From contig CAJINV010000009.1 in the NCBI GenBank assembly GCA_905178155.1, positions 1,041,415 to 1,105,414 on the forward strand: 64,000 nucleotides of DNA, given 5' to 3'. Of this stretch, positions 33,501 to 44,390 are shown one piece after another (the stretch's first letter is position 1; each line of letters opens with the position of its first letter). The notes beneath the pieces were generated by a model. That model was not told where the DNA came from. It did not search any database and saw nothing but the letters and a program-made list of their open reading frames with translations. The DNA comes from Amoebophrya sp. A120 (taxonomy: Eukaryota; Protista; Dinoflagellata). A program made the translations under genes and the position numbers.

Positions 33501-34374
33501 ATTGCGGCAACCGGAGAAACCCCACACGGATGCACGCTTGGTCGAGACTAGTAGGCGGAATAGCATCTTTGGGGTCTACAGTTCTTTGCTGCACGATTTC
33601 ATCATACCGGGAAGCACTTCCCCCTCCAGGAAGGAGCTCTCCCTTATCATCACGCGCCTTCCTGCCTATCATGCTGTCCACTTGACTAAGCAGACTACTG
33701 AGCCGCGCTGGATCGACGAAACACTCCGTATGGCACTCCTCGAAGAAACACCGTGTGTCCGCACGACTGTCATTGTACAGAAGCTCGGCCAAAAGGTCTC
33801 GCTCGACGACCCCCGAAGGATTGGCCTCGAACACCTGCACACCGAAAAGGTGCGAAGCTGGACGCGCAGGAAAAAAAGGCACTGCAGCTGTGGAGCGACC
33901 TTCTTGCTCTTCTCCTCGTCCGCTGTGTCTACGTGCTCTGCTCCCGCCTGACGAACTGGAAGTACTTGCACTCCGCCGCGCTGTCTCCAGCCACGAGCTC
34001 GCGAGCAGAACAGGCAGACTTGCGCCCCCAGTACTCGCGGAACCCAGAAACAGTTCGCGGTCGCAGTTGTGGCACACGTGCATTTGCGCGTCCGAGAACA
34101 GTAGTTTCTTTTGACGAATCCCAGCAGCTTCGCCGTCCTCGTTCTGCTCGTCGATTCTGTTCAAGATGTTGTGCCGAAAAGACGCTTTACTTGGTGGGAT
34201 TTGCAAGTAAACCGCATCGTCGAAGAGACTGGCGAGTGGCACGTCCGCAGACACCTGCTCAGATCGACCACCAAGATCCTCGTATGCTTCATCTTGCTGC
34301 AAGCGGATGACAAACCCGGGCACGCGCTGTCTGTTCGATTCGTACTCCCGCGCATCGAAAAACGATGATCTCAT
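30589..34374 (-). CDS. 1,261-aa hypothetical protein with C-terminal coiled coils
   Basis: Long single ORF with heptad-rich segments (LVHQQEQQSKKLEQKIELLE; LLQKYQRLEKDY...LQQENKQLRQQLSTYEQE). Confidence 0.75.
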   Translation of the reverse strand: MRSSFFDAREYESNRQRVPGFVIRLQQDEAYEDLGGRSEQVSADVPLASLFDDAVYLQIPPSKASFRHNILNRIDEQNEDGEAAGIRQKKLLFSDAQMHVCHNCDRELFLGSASTGGASLPVLLASSWLETARRSASTSSSSGGSRARRHSGRGEEQEGRSTAAVPFFPARPASHLFGVQVFEANPSGVVERDLLAELLYNDSRADTRCFFEECHTECFVDPARLSSLLSQVDSMIGRKARDDKGELLPGGGSASRYDEIVQQRTVDPKDAIPPTSLDQACIRVGFLRLPQWGPSVLLVGKKSQFLPVPYTMLQERRPSLFHRQEQAVGESEHGMSMFLASQSARRHNDRRPDGRSPRNLHLQAGSPGEGFSPSSSPGAGSALITPASSLVRYNRDYNRRGNTRMQMPTRSPSPGDASYLSSPSRHTDRAADDRRRREFYDSPESQSVHARDNFSSRPVVQQRPAGGPVRRRSMQPLPDSSFLSTLSNPAPEQYEDQYFEDDDSYEFRNHRGIISRRPQPPTGKGSHRPEVFRVKNNSMSPALSPGAVLEQLRHDRNLRGAEASHSRSPQLFYGEKGSFPYRSEGEIATHVHHHPSQSSHPRAPPTYDGGASSLPETSKTTVISSAVEEAASKSDFVYSKSIVSHWCVFDRGPVRKKAKSSPKRQNRSPQFTGTDTQSASPEDTAAQGGVNLQALQESEAADRLLEEIRTRNRVPYIQPILYLQNPNIASLQAQKIATAQDLEDLNVLASEVLSRTAGSYRGAGMLDMSDSSQLVDVNTASAQQLQSDNQKQHLGSTLATEIHRQRQFLELKLALFDRDGFLKKATSSRSPTISGRTGPNEDSHTSTTPRKGLSPADGTSSDQHVRRKDGTPRFKRILRLQDVNDFSSSPDERAERSPRAVLLSLKLPLWQRYAELVHQQEQQSKKLEQKIELLESRKRLPMPRRIRELERLVAVQKREIETLVLSNSRNQFADKHQNWLSTGRTAARNNGNAGTLSTDQQKNPKGSPTTGAAANTADQQPAGSGSRGSSAKEFFHKLLQKYQRLEKDYADTLIDLKRIATNEKKLQQENKQLRQQLSTYEQEENLIDRLLASGAGTNEAGGGSSALEHTTSDHLGSSRQQMTGLKLNRTPRSARSIQFAQYQLNKQARGLKSKNAATGSAYAGTNNSSQFPTSRRARRADYDKLQRTYFPRSKDLVDLKEIAAAAQKAGVVDIAAGIHAAGSNTGATSATASAKKAQDPALPVSNPSLRGATFLPAKRLG

Positions 34375-34966
34375 CTTGTTTGCTTCTTTATTCGTCAGAT
34401 CGAAGCTCTTCTAAGTAGAAAAGCGGACTGTCGTGTCCACGTTCACCAGGTACGCCACAGTTCTATGCGCATCATGTTGTAAGTACTACTCGCAACTTGC
34501 ATGGCCCGCATTTTAGCACGATCACCACACAATCTGTGCGGATCTGCAGTCGTTCGGCATCTTGCTCGGCCGATTGGGGCCAGTCATGTGGCACTACTTC
34601 GGTCACAGTCTCTCTTCGCCTCGCGGACTCACAGAGGCTGTATTCCCTGGTTGCTTACTGCCTCCGACGCACCAGGCATAAAACTCATACATCTCTCACT
34701 CAGACAGTAGCGCACTCTTCAGATGCTTAAAAGTGGAAGAAAGTACTAAGTAGCTCCACACGATGTCAGACAAGACCGAGCCCCTCTGCCTTTTGCTCCG
34801 CCTCTGTCGGCTCGTGCCAGTTCCTTTCCACGTGAATTGTGTAATGCGGTCATGTAAGACACGCCACACAAGCAGTGTCTGTTCATAGGTGCGAATGTTT
34901 AAATGCGCTATCGATATTGTGCTGGACATGCACTCGAACCGCTTTCATGTCACTAATCGCTCATGT

Positions 34967-36883
34967 TCATGATGCCAGAACGTCAATGCTTGCCCATGCT
35001 CGTTTTTCTGGGTCTTTTTCTAGCAAAGTCGTAAGACAATTGCGCAAAAACACTTTTTTCGTACCTGTTCTCGACACTTCCTCTGCTCCCAACATGTTTC
35101 CTTCCGCTGCAGAAGTCGTCTCGCTATCTTCCGCGTCGGATGTGGTCGTGCTGCTACTTGCCAGACCGCTACCATTTGATGCCAGGTAGTTCTTGAACCA
35201 GGCGAGTAGCATGCTGTCGATGTTCCCGTTGTAGTTCATGATGCGCAACTGCATGGCGAACGCCGCGGCGAAGTCATTGTCGAAGGGAAGAGACGCGAAG
35301 ATGAGCAGAAAAAACACAACACCGACCGACCACATGTCCCGCGCCCGGCCAGACATACCGAGTTCCGTGACGTCTGGTCCGAACGCCTCGGGCGGGCGGA
35401 AGGCCATGGTGCCCTCCGCACTCCAGATTTGATCGTCTTCGGGCTTCTCAAGCATCTCACAGCTATTGAAGTCGCAGATTTTAATCGAGACGCTCGCCAA
35501 CGTCGCTGCGGACGGCGATTCGTACTCGAAGAAAAGTTTTTGCAGCACCTTCTCGTCGTCTTTAGCCTTTGTGAGAAACAAGTCCATGATGAAATCAAAT
35601 TGTCCGTGTACGAGGATGTTCTGCGGCGCCAGGTCCTTGTGCATCACCCCGTTCAAGTGCAGGTACTTCACGCCGGATTGCATTGCGTGCAGCGCGAAGA
35701 GCGTCGTGGCCGCGCTGTACCGGTAGAATTCGTCTTTTCCCGGCTTCTGCTTGTCGAAGTCCCGGACGGCTTCCTTGGGCACGATCCACCGCTTCCTCGA
35801 ATTGCAAAAGTCCAGCAATGGGCCGTTGCGCACAAGCTCGAAGACGTGGTAGAAGCTACTGCACGCTGGATCGTCGATGACCTGACAGAAATAGTAATTT
35901 TGTATTCAGTTTTGAATGTTCTGCGAAGCGTGGTGGCTGACGTCTTTGTATTGATGGCAAGGCATAAGAGCTCAAACACTTCATCTTCGATCTCGATGCG
36001 CAAAGTTCAGTTCTGGCGATGAGATAGTTGTCTCCTCACTAAGTTGCCTTTCGGACTTGGTAAGCAGATTCTAACGGGTGTCATCATGACACATACAGGT
36101 ATCTAGGGAGGATCTTCTGGTCGTGTACGATCTTGGCTTGAGAAATAGCAAATCAGTTCTGGCGATGAGATAGTTGTCTCCTCACAAAGTTGCCTTTCGG
36201 ACTTGGTAAGCAGATTCTAACGGTTGTCATCATCTTTGATTCACAAGTATGATCTTATTCTCCGCTTTGTGTGCAGCAGTGATCGATATTTTTCTTCAAG
36301 ATCATGTCCAGACGACTCGTTACAAGGTAATTGTATGCACTAGGTTCCTGCCGTCAGCCTTGGTCTTGGAAGCTATGTCGAATTTGAGTTTCACTTCGTT
36401 TCTCTTTCTCAAAGCGTAATCTGCATGAATTTCTCAGCTGTAAAAATATTAATCAGTGAAGAATACCTCGACAAGTCTTGCTATGTTCGCCATGCCTGCG
36501 CTACTGCTGGCAGAGGCTCCAAATCCCGACGAAGAGACCTGCTCGCCCTGCAATAGTCGCTTCATCACTTTGACTTCGTAGCGCGCTCGGTCTGCGAGTG
36601 ACACATCTGTCGAGCAGGTGCCCTTTTTACCCCAGTACGGCATCTGCACTTCACTGGCCACCCGGCGATCGTAGATTTTCAACGCGAAGCTTTTTTGAAG
36701 CGTGGCGCTCCTGCAAACCCGAACCTTCGTGAACCGCCCACTTCCGATAATTCCCTCGTCAACAAGGATATCGTACCGGGAGTGTTCCGTCACGAGGGCA
36801 CCTGGAATCCCATCGTCTTTTAGCACCGAGGTCTTTGGTGGCTCCACAACCTCGACACGTGAGGCCTCAAGCACTGGCGACAT
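34967..36883 (-). CDS. Ser/Thr protein kinase, CAMKK-like. Exons 36883-36467 and 35881-34967.
   Basis: Motifs IIGSGRFTKV, FALKIY, NIARLVE|VIDDP..FYHVFELV.NGP, HKDLAPQNIL, KICDFN, EGTMAFRPPE, DMWSVGV and LLEKDPEKR. GT-AG intron 35882-36466 is phase 0. Confidence 0.9.
36007..36087 (-). ncRNA. Intronic C/D box snoRNA (copy 1), dual guide for LSU rRNA
   Basis: Sense strand: ATGATGA (C) ... TCTGCTTACCAA-GT-CCGA (D') ... GTGAGGA (C') ... CTCATCGCCAG-AA-CTGA (D). The guides are antisense to the conserved LSU segment UUGGUAAGCAGAACUGGCGAUG. Confidence 0.85.
36153..36233 (-). ncRNA. Intronic C/D box snoRNA (copy 2), paralogue of copy 1
   Basis: 81-nt near-identical duplicate (2 visible substitutions, both outside boxes and guides). 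Similarity runs exactly from the C box to the D box. Short CAAA/TTTG terminal stem. Confidence 0.85.
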
Positions 36884-37609
36884 GTTGGCTTTTTCTCTGC
36901 TAAAATGTCTTAACCTTATCTTGGATTTGGCAACCAATAAACTCTTTTCAAGTACAATCCTTATCCTTCTAGGAAGCTTTAGCACCGAGCTAGAACGGAA
37001 AGAGCTAGAGCTACTTTCTAAACGCACCACAGATTTTTTCATGGTTTCGAAGTTCAAACTACTTTTAGCAATTTAGCCTCTGCTTCCGGTCTCTGCAAAG
37101 CTTTAAGGGAAACAAGTGATCCCGGTGAAGCATGATGTCTTTTCCTCCTGCTGCTTAGCGTGACCGCGAACACACTTCAGGCAAAAGGCAAACAACCAAA
37201 TGCCATCGTGGCCGGAAATCCATGCGGCTCAAGGTGGCACAAGTACCTACGGAAAATCTGAAGTCGACGGAAGTTTACGCCACCGTGCGGGTACTCTTTT
37301 CAGGGCTCAGAGCATTGAAATTAGTAGACATTGCCAGGTGTGCTCAATTTACATTCAGTTGGTGTGAGAGTTTCGTAATGGTGTGCAAATCTTTCATTTT
37401 TGTCGCGGTAGCTCATCGCTCAATGGTATATTAGACTTTTCATTATCCACGAAGACGAACTGTTTGACTTGGATGAACATTATCCTACAGGTCCGCCATG
37501 TACGTCGAAATGACGAACCCGTTCCCTTCTGTGCTCGTCTTTCTTCTAGTGAAACAACATTTTCCTTGACAGCACGGAGAGAGGAGGATTTTCTGCCACT
37601 GCCCCTCCA

Positions 37610-38430
37610 TCACTTGATAAATCCGAATCCCCCGTTGGAGAGCGCAATGGGTTTCGCTTTTTTAGTCGCCGCCGACGTGAACAACTTGTCGCGGATCTCC
37701 GGAACCTGAATCAATCGAAGGAAAAACAACGTAGAAGTTCAAACGTGCCTTACGCTTACTACTGCCGAGAAACTTCCGGCATAATCTTCAGTTCATACAT
37801 AAGTACTTAGTCATACGGTAGTAGCAACAGAAGAGGGTCTAATGATACACGTACCGGAACGAGCTCGCCGTCAACCATGAACTTCTTCTCGTGATTCGGC
37901 ACTGCCGCCGGCGGGGGTGGTAAGATATGCATGCAGAGTCATGAGTCCAAGAACGAAACGTAATCCTACTTTTCCGAGTTTGAAATGCAACTTGTTCCAA
38001 ATCAAATGAGACACCACTCATAGATACATGGCAACAAGAATTGCAAAAAGATTTTTCAATCGTGCATCTATATGCCGTGCGGTCCTGTGCACGTGACAAA
38101 CAGCACAACTCTAATTTCGACTCCTGCTTTGCCGCGAATACAGGGGCTTGCTTTTGTTGAAGGTTGCCCGCGCCCAGTCGAACTCCTTCTTGTCGGGCCA
38201 GGCCATTTCTGCGAAGATGGGGGGACCCATCCTGTCTCTGTGTGCTTGTTAAGGTCGGTGTTCCTGTTCGTTGTCGAAGTGGGATCCACACTATTCTACA
38301 ATCAACTACCTGGGGTCGAGAACATCGTTAGCGAAGAAAAGTCTCTTGTAGCAGAAGCAGATGAATGTGGCATAATTTCCCGAAACGAAATTCTGGGCTG
38401 CTTCAGCGGTGGGTCGAAACACGAAGACCT
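37610..38430 (-). CDS. Probable small multi-exon gene, unknown product (ends ...PNHEKKFMVDGELVP|VPEIRDKLFTSAATKKAKPIALSNGGFGFIK*)
   Basis: Clean GT-AG intron 37706-37854 joins two GC3-rich segments in frame. Further exon-like segments at ~38130-38232 and ~38310-38428 have an ambiguous frame. Confidence 0.45.
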
Positions 38431-39143
38431 GTGCAGGAAATATACAATCGGGAAGCTACTTAGTTCCGGCACAAACGGAAACGACGCGAAGGCGGCACAA
38501 AGAATCGCCCTACGAAAAAGTAGACGATCACAGTTGACGGTCTCTGTCCCTCTCTCTCTGTGTCTCTCTCTCTCTCTGTCAGCTTTCTCAGCATGCTATC
38601 GCTTTTTCGAAGCATCGCCTCTGCTATAGTCACAATACAGTTGGTCCTGCGCATGGAAAATATAGATGCAACTGTCGACAGGAGTACCGACTGCTTCCCT
38701 TTTTCATCTTCTTCTGCTGTACTTGTCGAGGAAAATCAACACAATCCTGAAACGGCGACTAACTTTCATGTGGCCCGGAGAACGCGATAGGTCGATGATC
38801 CAATCAATATTAACTACGCTTTTTTATTGTGGTCCATCAAAATCTTACACTTTCACGGACTATTTGATTCTCCCCTGCTACGACTGAATAGGAAAAATTC
38901 TAGAAGTTTTGCCTGGTAAAGTTCATTAATTGAGGCTTCCCGAACATATTAAGCTAACAAATTCATAAGATGGAAAATTACTCTCTTTTCTGCTTGCCGA
39001 AATACCATACCACAAGTCTACAATATGAAACTGGGGTGCATGCCGTAGTTCTACAACATTATACATCTATTATATTGGCGCGCAAGGAAGCGCCAGCCAA
39101 GTACAAGTAGATCACTGGCAGTACAAGATAGCACAGCGTACGT

Positions 39144-42100
39144 TCACCCCTGGGGCGAGTTCTGGCCCGAGCTCCCGGCTACTGTCTTATGTTCTAAGGT
39201 TGTGAACTGCTCCAGGAACTCGTGAAAGTTGCAGTAGCCACCGCCGACACGGAATATCAGCTTGTTTTGCTTCGTCAGTTTTACCAGCACTTTCCTACTC
39301 CCGTAGAGGTAGATGCCTGGGCTTAAGCGGTAGAACGGCACCGGGGGTTTTGCTTGGTTGATCAAGGTGGCAAGCGCTTTGTCCACACTGTCGGCTTTCA
39401 CGGGCACATAGCGATAATTGTTGATCGTGGTGCTCTCGATGTTGTTCTGTTGGTCAGACGGGAACACCACGGGCGTCTTGTTCAATGCTGGCATTTTCCC
39501 GGAAGACGCGGGTGGGGTTTTCATTTGGTACTGGCTGCCGGCTGGTAGGTGAAAGTGCTGCTGAAGTTGGTGGTGACTAGCGGTAGTTCCTGGAGTGGAG
39601 TGCTGAAAGCTGTGGCTCGGGAATCCCGTCGCGCTCATCGGCGTCCGCACACTCAAATTCGGGCTGCTGCTGTGCGACCCCGGCCCGTGTATGGTGGACG
39701 AGGGCGCGGACTGCGGGTAAGCCGACGTCGCGTGTGACTGCTGCACCTTTTGGTAGTTGTCAGCTGAACATGTTGTGGTTGATTTGCACCACGTACACTA
39801 GTTCTACCGCGTTAAACGAGGCCAAAGCATTTTGCTGATGCGCTCCCAACATTTTAACAGCACATGACAATTTGTTATGTACTTACCAGAAGTGCGCGTT
39901 TCATTTTCCGTGCCTCCTCCTTGGGAACATATTCGTCCCAGAGGCGGTTGCTCCTTTCGGCGTACTCCGCCTGGATCTGGTCACGGCCTTTCCGCAGCAT
40001 GGCGCACTCTGCCACGACGTCCTCAAGCTCCTCTTTCAATTTATCGCGCAATTTTTTCTCCTCTCCATTCACCGCCATGCGTGCTTCGGCTTCCTTCGCC
40101 TACAGATGAACGAATGGTTGCAAAACTCCTTGACGAACATGCAGCAAAAGATCGAAACCAGCACTACGGCATCTTCAGTACGAAAAATTCAGAGAGAGAT
40201 CATTGATTCGACTTCTCTACCTGAAACGTTGCCTTTTCCAGCTCGGTCTGGACCTTGTGAAATTCGGGTTGGATTTCTTGCAAGAGCTGCTTCAGATCCG
40301 CGTTGTCCTTCTCCAGCAACTCGGACCGCGACTTTTCGCTGGCCATGTGCTCGGCGAACTGCTGCTCCTGCGCCTCCTTCTCGGACACGAGCACGGCGAC
40401 CCGCTGCTCCAGGTCCTTGCAGAAGTTTTCCATTTGCTCCCGCTGCTTCTCCATGTCCCCCGCGATAATCAGTCGCTGCTCCATCTCTAGGCATTTGGAC
40501 GTCAACAGCGTGATCTGCTGCTCCAGCGCCCGCTGGTTGTTCCACATCGCGGCCGTCGCGCCCGGACTCTTCGCGGTCGAGGTCGGCGTGCCGGCCGCGC
40601 TACCGCCGCCCCCGAAGTTCCGCTGTACCTTCCGCAACTCCTCGTTGGCTTCCTGCTTTTCCCGGACCAGCTTTTGTTGGGTCTCCAGCTCCTGTTTGAG
40701 CTGCTTTTCGAAGGTCTCGCGCAGTTCCTCGAGCTGCCGGGCGCGCGTCGTCAATTGCTCGTCCTGTCGGGCAATTTGCGCCTTCAAATCCGACACCAGA
40801 GACTTGCTGTACTTCGCGTCGCGAACCTCAGACTCGAGCGTCATGATCCTGGTGTATTGCGATCATGATGCAGTTCCCATGTTGTAGGTTTCCTCCCTTC
40901 GGCACGCCTAGGCCTACGAAGAAAATCGAGAGAGGGTCATATCATGAAACATTTGACACACTGATACTGAACGAAGCGCATACTTAATTAATGAGGATGC
41001 GTTTACTTCATCTGATAATCGTCCTCCCGTTTCCGCCATTCCTGGAAGCTTTGTCGCTCCGCTGTGGTGAGCTGAAGGTTCTCTTGTAATCGCACCGTCG
41101 TCCGCCCGTACTCGTTCTCGGTCGCCTGCAGCTGCTCGGTGAGTTCCTCGATCTGGCCCCGCAGCTTCAGCTCGTTCTCTGTGTACAGGGTCTTCTCGGC
41201 CTGCCGCTGCTTTTCTAGAGTGGTATAAAAACGAAAAAAGAATAATTGTGCCTGCACCAAGTCGGCAAGAAGGTGATCATTCTTGGAGCTACTCTTTGTA
41301 GCATGCACAACTCTGATACTGGTTCTGGTGAACAACAATTTCAGCCTGGCTAACGCTGCTCGACATCTTTGCGCATGCTTGTCCAAACGCGACTCGATTC
41401 AGGGGCTTTACTTCATCAATTTTCTTCGCATACTTTTCCTTGAAGGTTTTCTCGGCATTGAACATTTTATCCAGTGCCTGGATTTGCTTCAGCAAAACTC
41501 GTGCCTCCACCGGCTCCGTATCGGACATGGCCTTCGCGTTCTTGTGCAAAGTGACCTCATCCAAAGCCGAGTCACGGGAACTACGGACCTGTTGTGGCGC
41601 AAGCGGAAATTAATTTTGTGTGAGGCTGCAGAACCTCGTTGCTGTTTGTTAATTGAGAAGAAAGCCGACCATGACAGATAGCACTAGCGGCTGTGTGAGA
41701 CACGAATCAATCCGTGTGCGCAGGAGCGTGAACATTGCTTCTAAAAAAACGCCTCTACCTCGTTCAACTGTGTCCGCAGCGTGTTCACTTCTGCGGTTCT
41801 TTCGTCTACGAGCTTCGCGTACTCGGTCAGTTTGCGCTCGAACAGATTGCAGGACTCCTTGAACTTCTCCTGCGTCGCGCCGCTTTGCACCCGCAGCGCC
41901 GCCGCGGCGCGCTTGTAGATCTCCACGTTCTCGCGCTCGTAGCCCGCGGATTCTAGCTTTGTCTCCAGGACGTCGATGATCTGGTGGTAGGGCCGTATTC
42001 GCTCCCAACAGGCGTCCTCGAAGTCCTTCGTAGACTTGAACACCTGCACGAAGAAATCAGTGGCAACGGAATGCACAGAGAACGCAAAGCGCGCCAGCTT

Positions 42101-43786
42101 TCAAATTCAAAAAAGTGGGGAATATAATTCGCGTTAGCCATAACAAATATTGCTTTTGCCCCCCTGCCTTTTTTCTTCGAAAGTTGATGCGTCATGCGGA
42201 AAACGTAACATCGAATGAGGCGGATTTCCATTTTTTTTGTCTGATGTGGTGAGTCTAACAAATTTGCGTCACCAGTCAGCTATCGCTAAGTTAAACAATA
42301 CCACATTTCCGCCGGCGACCCGCGGTAGCGGGGCGAACCCCTTTCCCTCGGAAATTCTTTTTTTCAAATTGCTTAACGTCGACGCCGCATGGTCGCTCTG
42401 CGAGGCGTCGCCAGACGTCGTCCCGCCTGCGGGCAGCGTCGATGCGGAAGAACTCGATGCCAGTCGTCCTGTTCCTTTCTTCGTCCTCTTCCCGGGCGAA
42501 TGTTGCCGCGAGGTCCCGGCGGAGACACTTGAAGATGTTACTCCACCCTGCGGTCCGGATTTGGTACTGCGTGTGCTCGCCCGGTTGGCCATCCTGGAGC
42601 CGGGTGCGGACGGGTTCGGGCGCGTGCTTGCCGAGGAAACGCCGGCGTCCTGAGTTGCGAACCCGGTGGAGGTAAAAGGATCATACGGCGCTCCGCCCGT
42701 GTTCGCGTCGGACACGAACAGAAACGGCGCAACTGCTCTACCGCTTTCAAACTCGTTCCCGGAAAGCTTTTCCAGCTCCAATGACTGCGAAGCACACGAC
42801 CTCGCCTGGTGGCCGTCATTACTTCTCAAAGAGTCATTGATGTACGCCGGACTGCTCAGCAGACTGTTGGGGTTCGTGGTCAGCTCGATGCGTTCGATCT
42901 GTGGCACTTTGGAAACACCGTCCAAGGAGCTTGATGCTGCTGCGGCCAGTCCTTGTCCGGACACCAGGTCGATCTTGTTTTGATGTGAATAAGCTCCTGG
43001 AATTGTGCCACCTCCGGTCGCAAAACTCGAAGTTGTGGTTGTTCCACTTCCGACGACCAAATCCGGTGACGACATGCTGCTGGCGTCACTGAGACTCTGC
43101 AGTGCGAGAATTAAAAAATCTTGGCAGTGGAACGTGCGGTCAATGTCGCTTTCCGCCGCTGCGTAGTCCCCAGGTACGTACTTGCACAGCACGCGCAGCC
43201 GCGGCGCGCGGCTTTTGGTCGGGGACGGTTGTTGCGGCTCGGATTCCTCGAAGCAGTACCGAGTCCCGTTGAGGGGGATCCAGCGATCCAACGTGGCGTT
43301 CGGCACGAGTGAAAGAGGGTAACTGAGCACCGCAGACCCGACTTCCAACGAAGATCCAGAACTGCTCCCGCTGGAGGAAGAAGGTCCTGAAACTCCTTGT
43401 TCCTGATGCGCTACAGATGAATTATTTGCACTGTACAAGGTTATGTGAATGTCGTGCGTTGAAGAAGCAGGAGCCCCTGCGCCCGTCTGTTCTGTCTCCG
43501 TGCTCGATGGCAGCTCAAGCAAAATGTGCCCTTCGGCCGTAGACGGGACGGGGGTCACGATTTTTCGACCTCCTGTGGCGCTACTGCTCCGCAGCTCCAC
43601 GACGCACTCGAATCGAGCCTCGAGTGAGTTTTTCGACCGCTCCGTCACTGCGTCAACGCAGCAAAAAATCAGATACCCGCCACTAGACGCGCCGGAGGTG
43701 GCACTTCTGGCGGCCGCGGTTGAGGCGGAAAAGCCCGGCGCTGGTAGCCGACTGCTACTGGACGAGGAGCTGGACGTCGCCATCAT
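39144..43786 (-). CDS. GAS2/GAR-domain coiled-coil protein with an N-terminal C2-like region (about 7 exons)
   Basis: C-terminal SVDKALATLIN...FYRLSPGIYLYGSRKVLVKL..NKLIFRVGGGYCNFHEFL is a GAS2 signature. Exons at ~42045-41760, 41590-41415, 41215-41007, 40850-40222 and 40101-39886 encode coiled coil and have GT-AG borders. The N-terminus has EVGSAVL...LDRWIPL...PRLRVLCKY. Confidence 0.8.
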
Positions 43787-44390
43787 TCTTCTTGCAATTG
43801 AAATAGTACTTTTGTACGTGCTGCGCCCGTGAACTTCTACTCTCACACCGCTACTTGACGCTCACGCTCTTCTCGTTAAAATAGCAGCAACAATTAAAAG
43901 GTGCGCCAGGAACGCACAACTTATGCATGGCTTGCGGAAGAGAAGGAAAACTCTCAGGAACAGAAACATGAGGCTTTCTCTCGTCCGACACGCAACTTCA
44001 TTCTGCTGAACGGCAACAAGATTGCTGCTCTAATCACGCTCACGATGCCGTGCCATGCGGTATTATATCCCGCCAAGCGTCCGCTTTGCACTTGAACAGC
44101 AACAGCACGGTATGGTGATCGAACGAGCACAAGCATCCGCCTTGGTTCTGCTGCCTTCGCATCTTCAATGACATATTTTATAAACAACCAGATGCGTTTT
44201 CGAATGGGTGGCGGTGGAGTGTCCGTTCAACAATAACCTTAGTTATCGGTTTAAGAAGACCGCATCGAAACTTACTTAAACTTATGCTGTGGATGCAACA
44301 AGCTGCTAAGCGATCTGTTTGATTTTTGTTTGGGATCGTGCGAGTAGCTTCACCTAGGATAGAACGTACTTTTTTCGTGCCTCATGGCTA

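Noticed and set aside
38550-38580. (CT)n microsatellite
   Set aside because: Short simple repeat with no sign of function.
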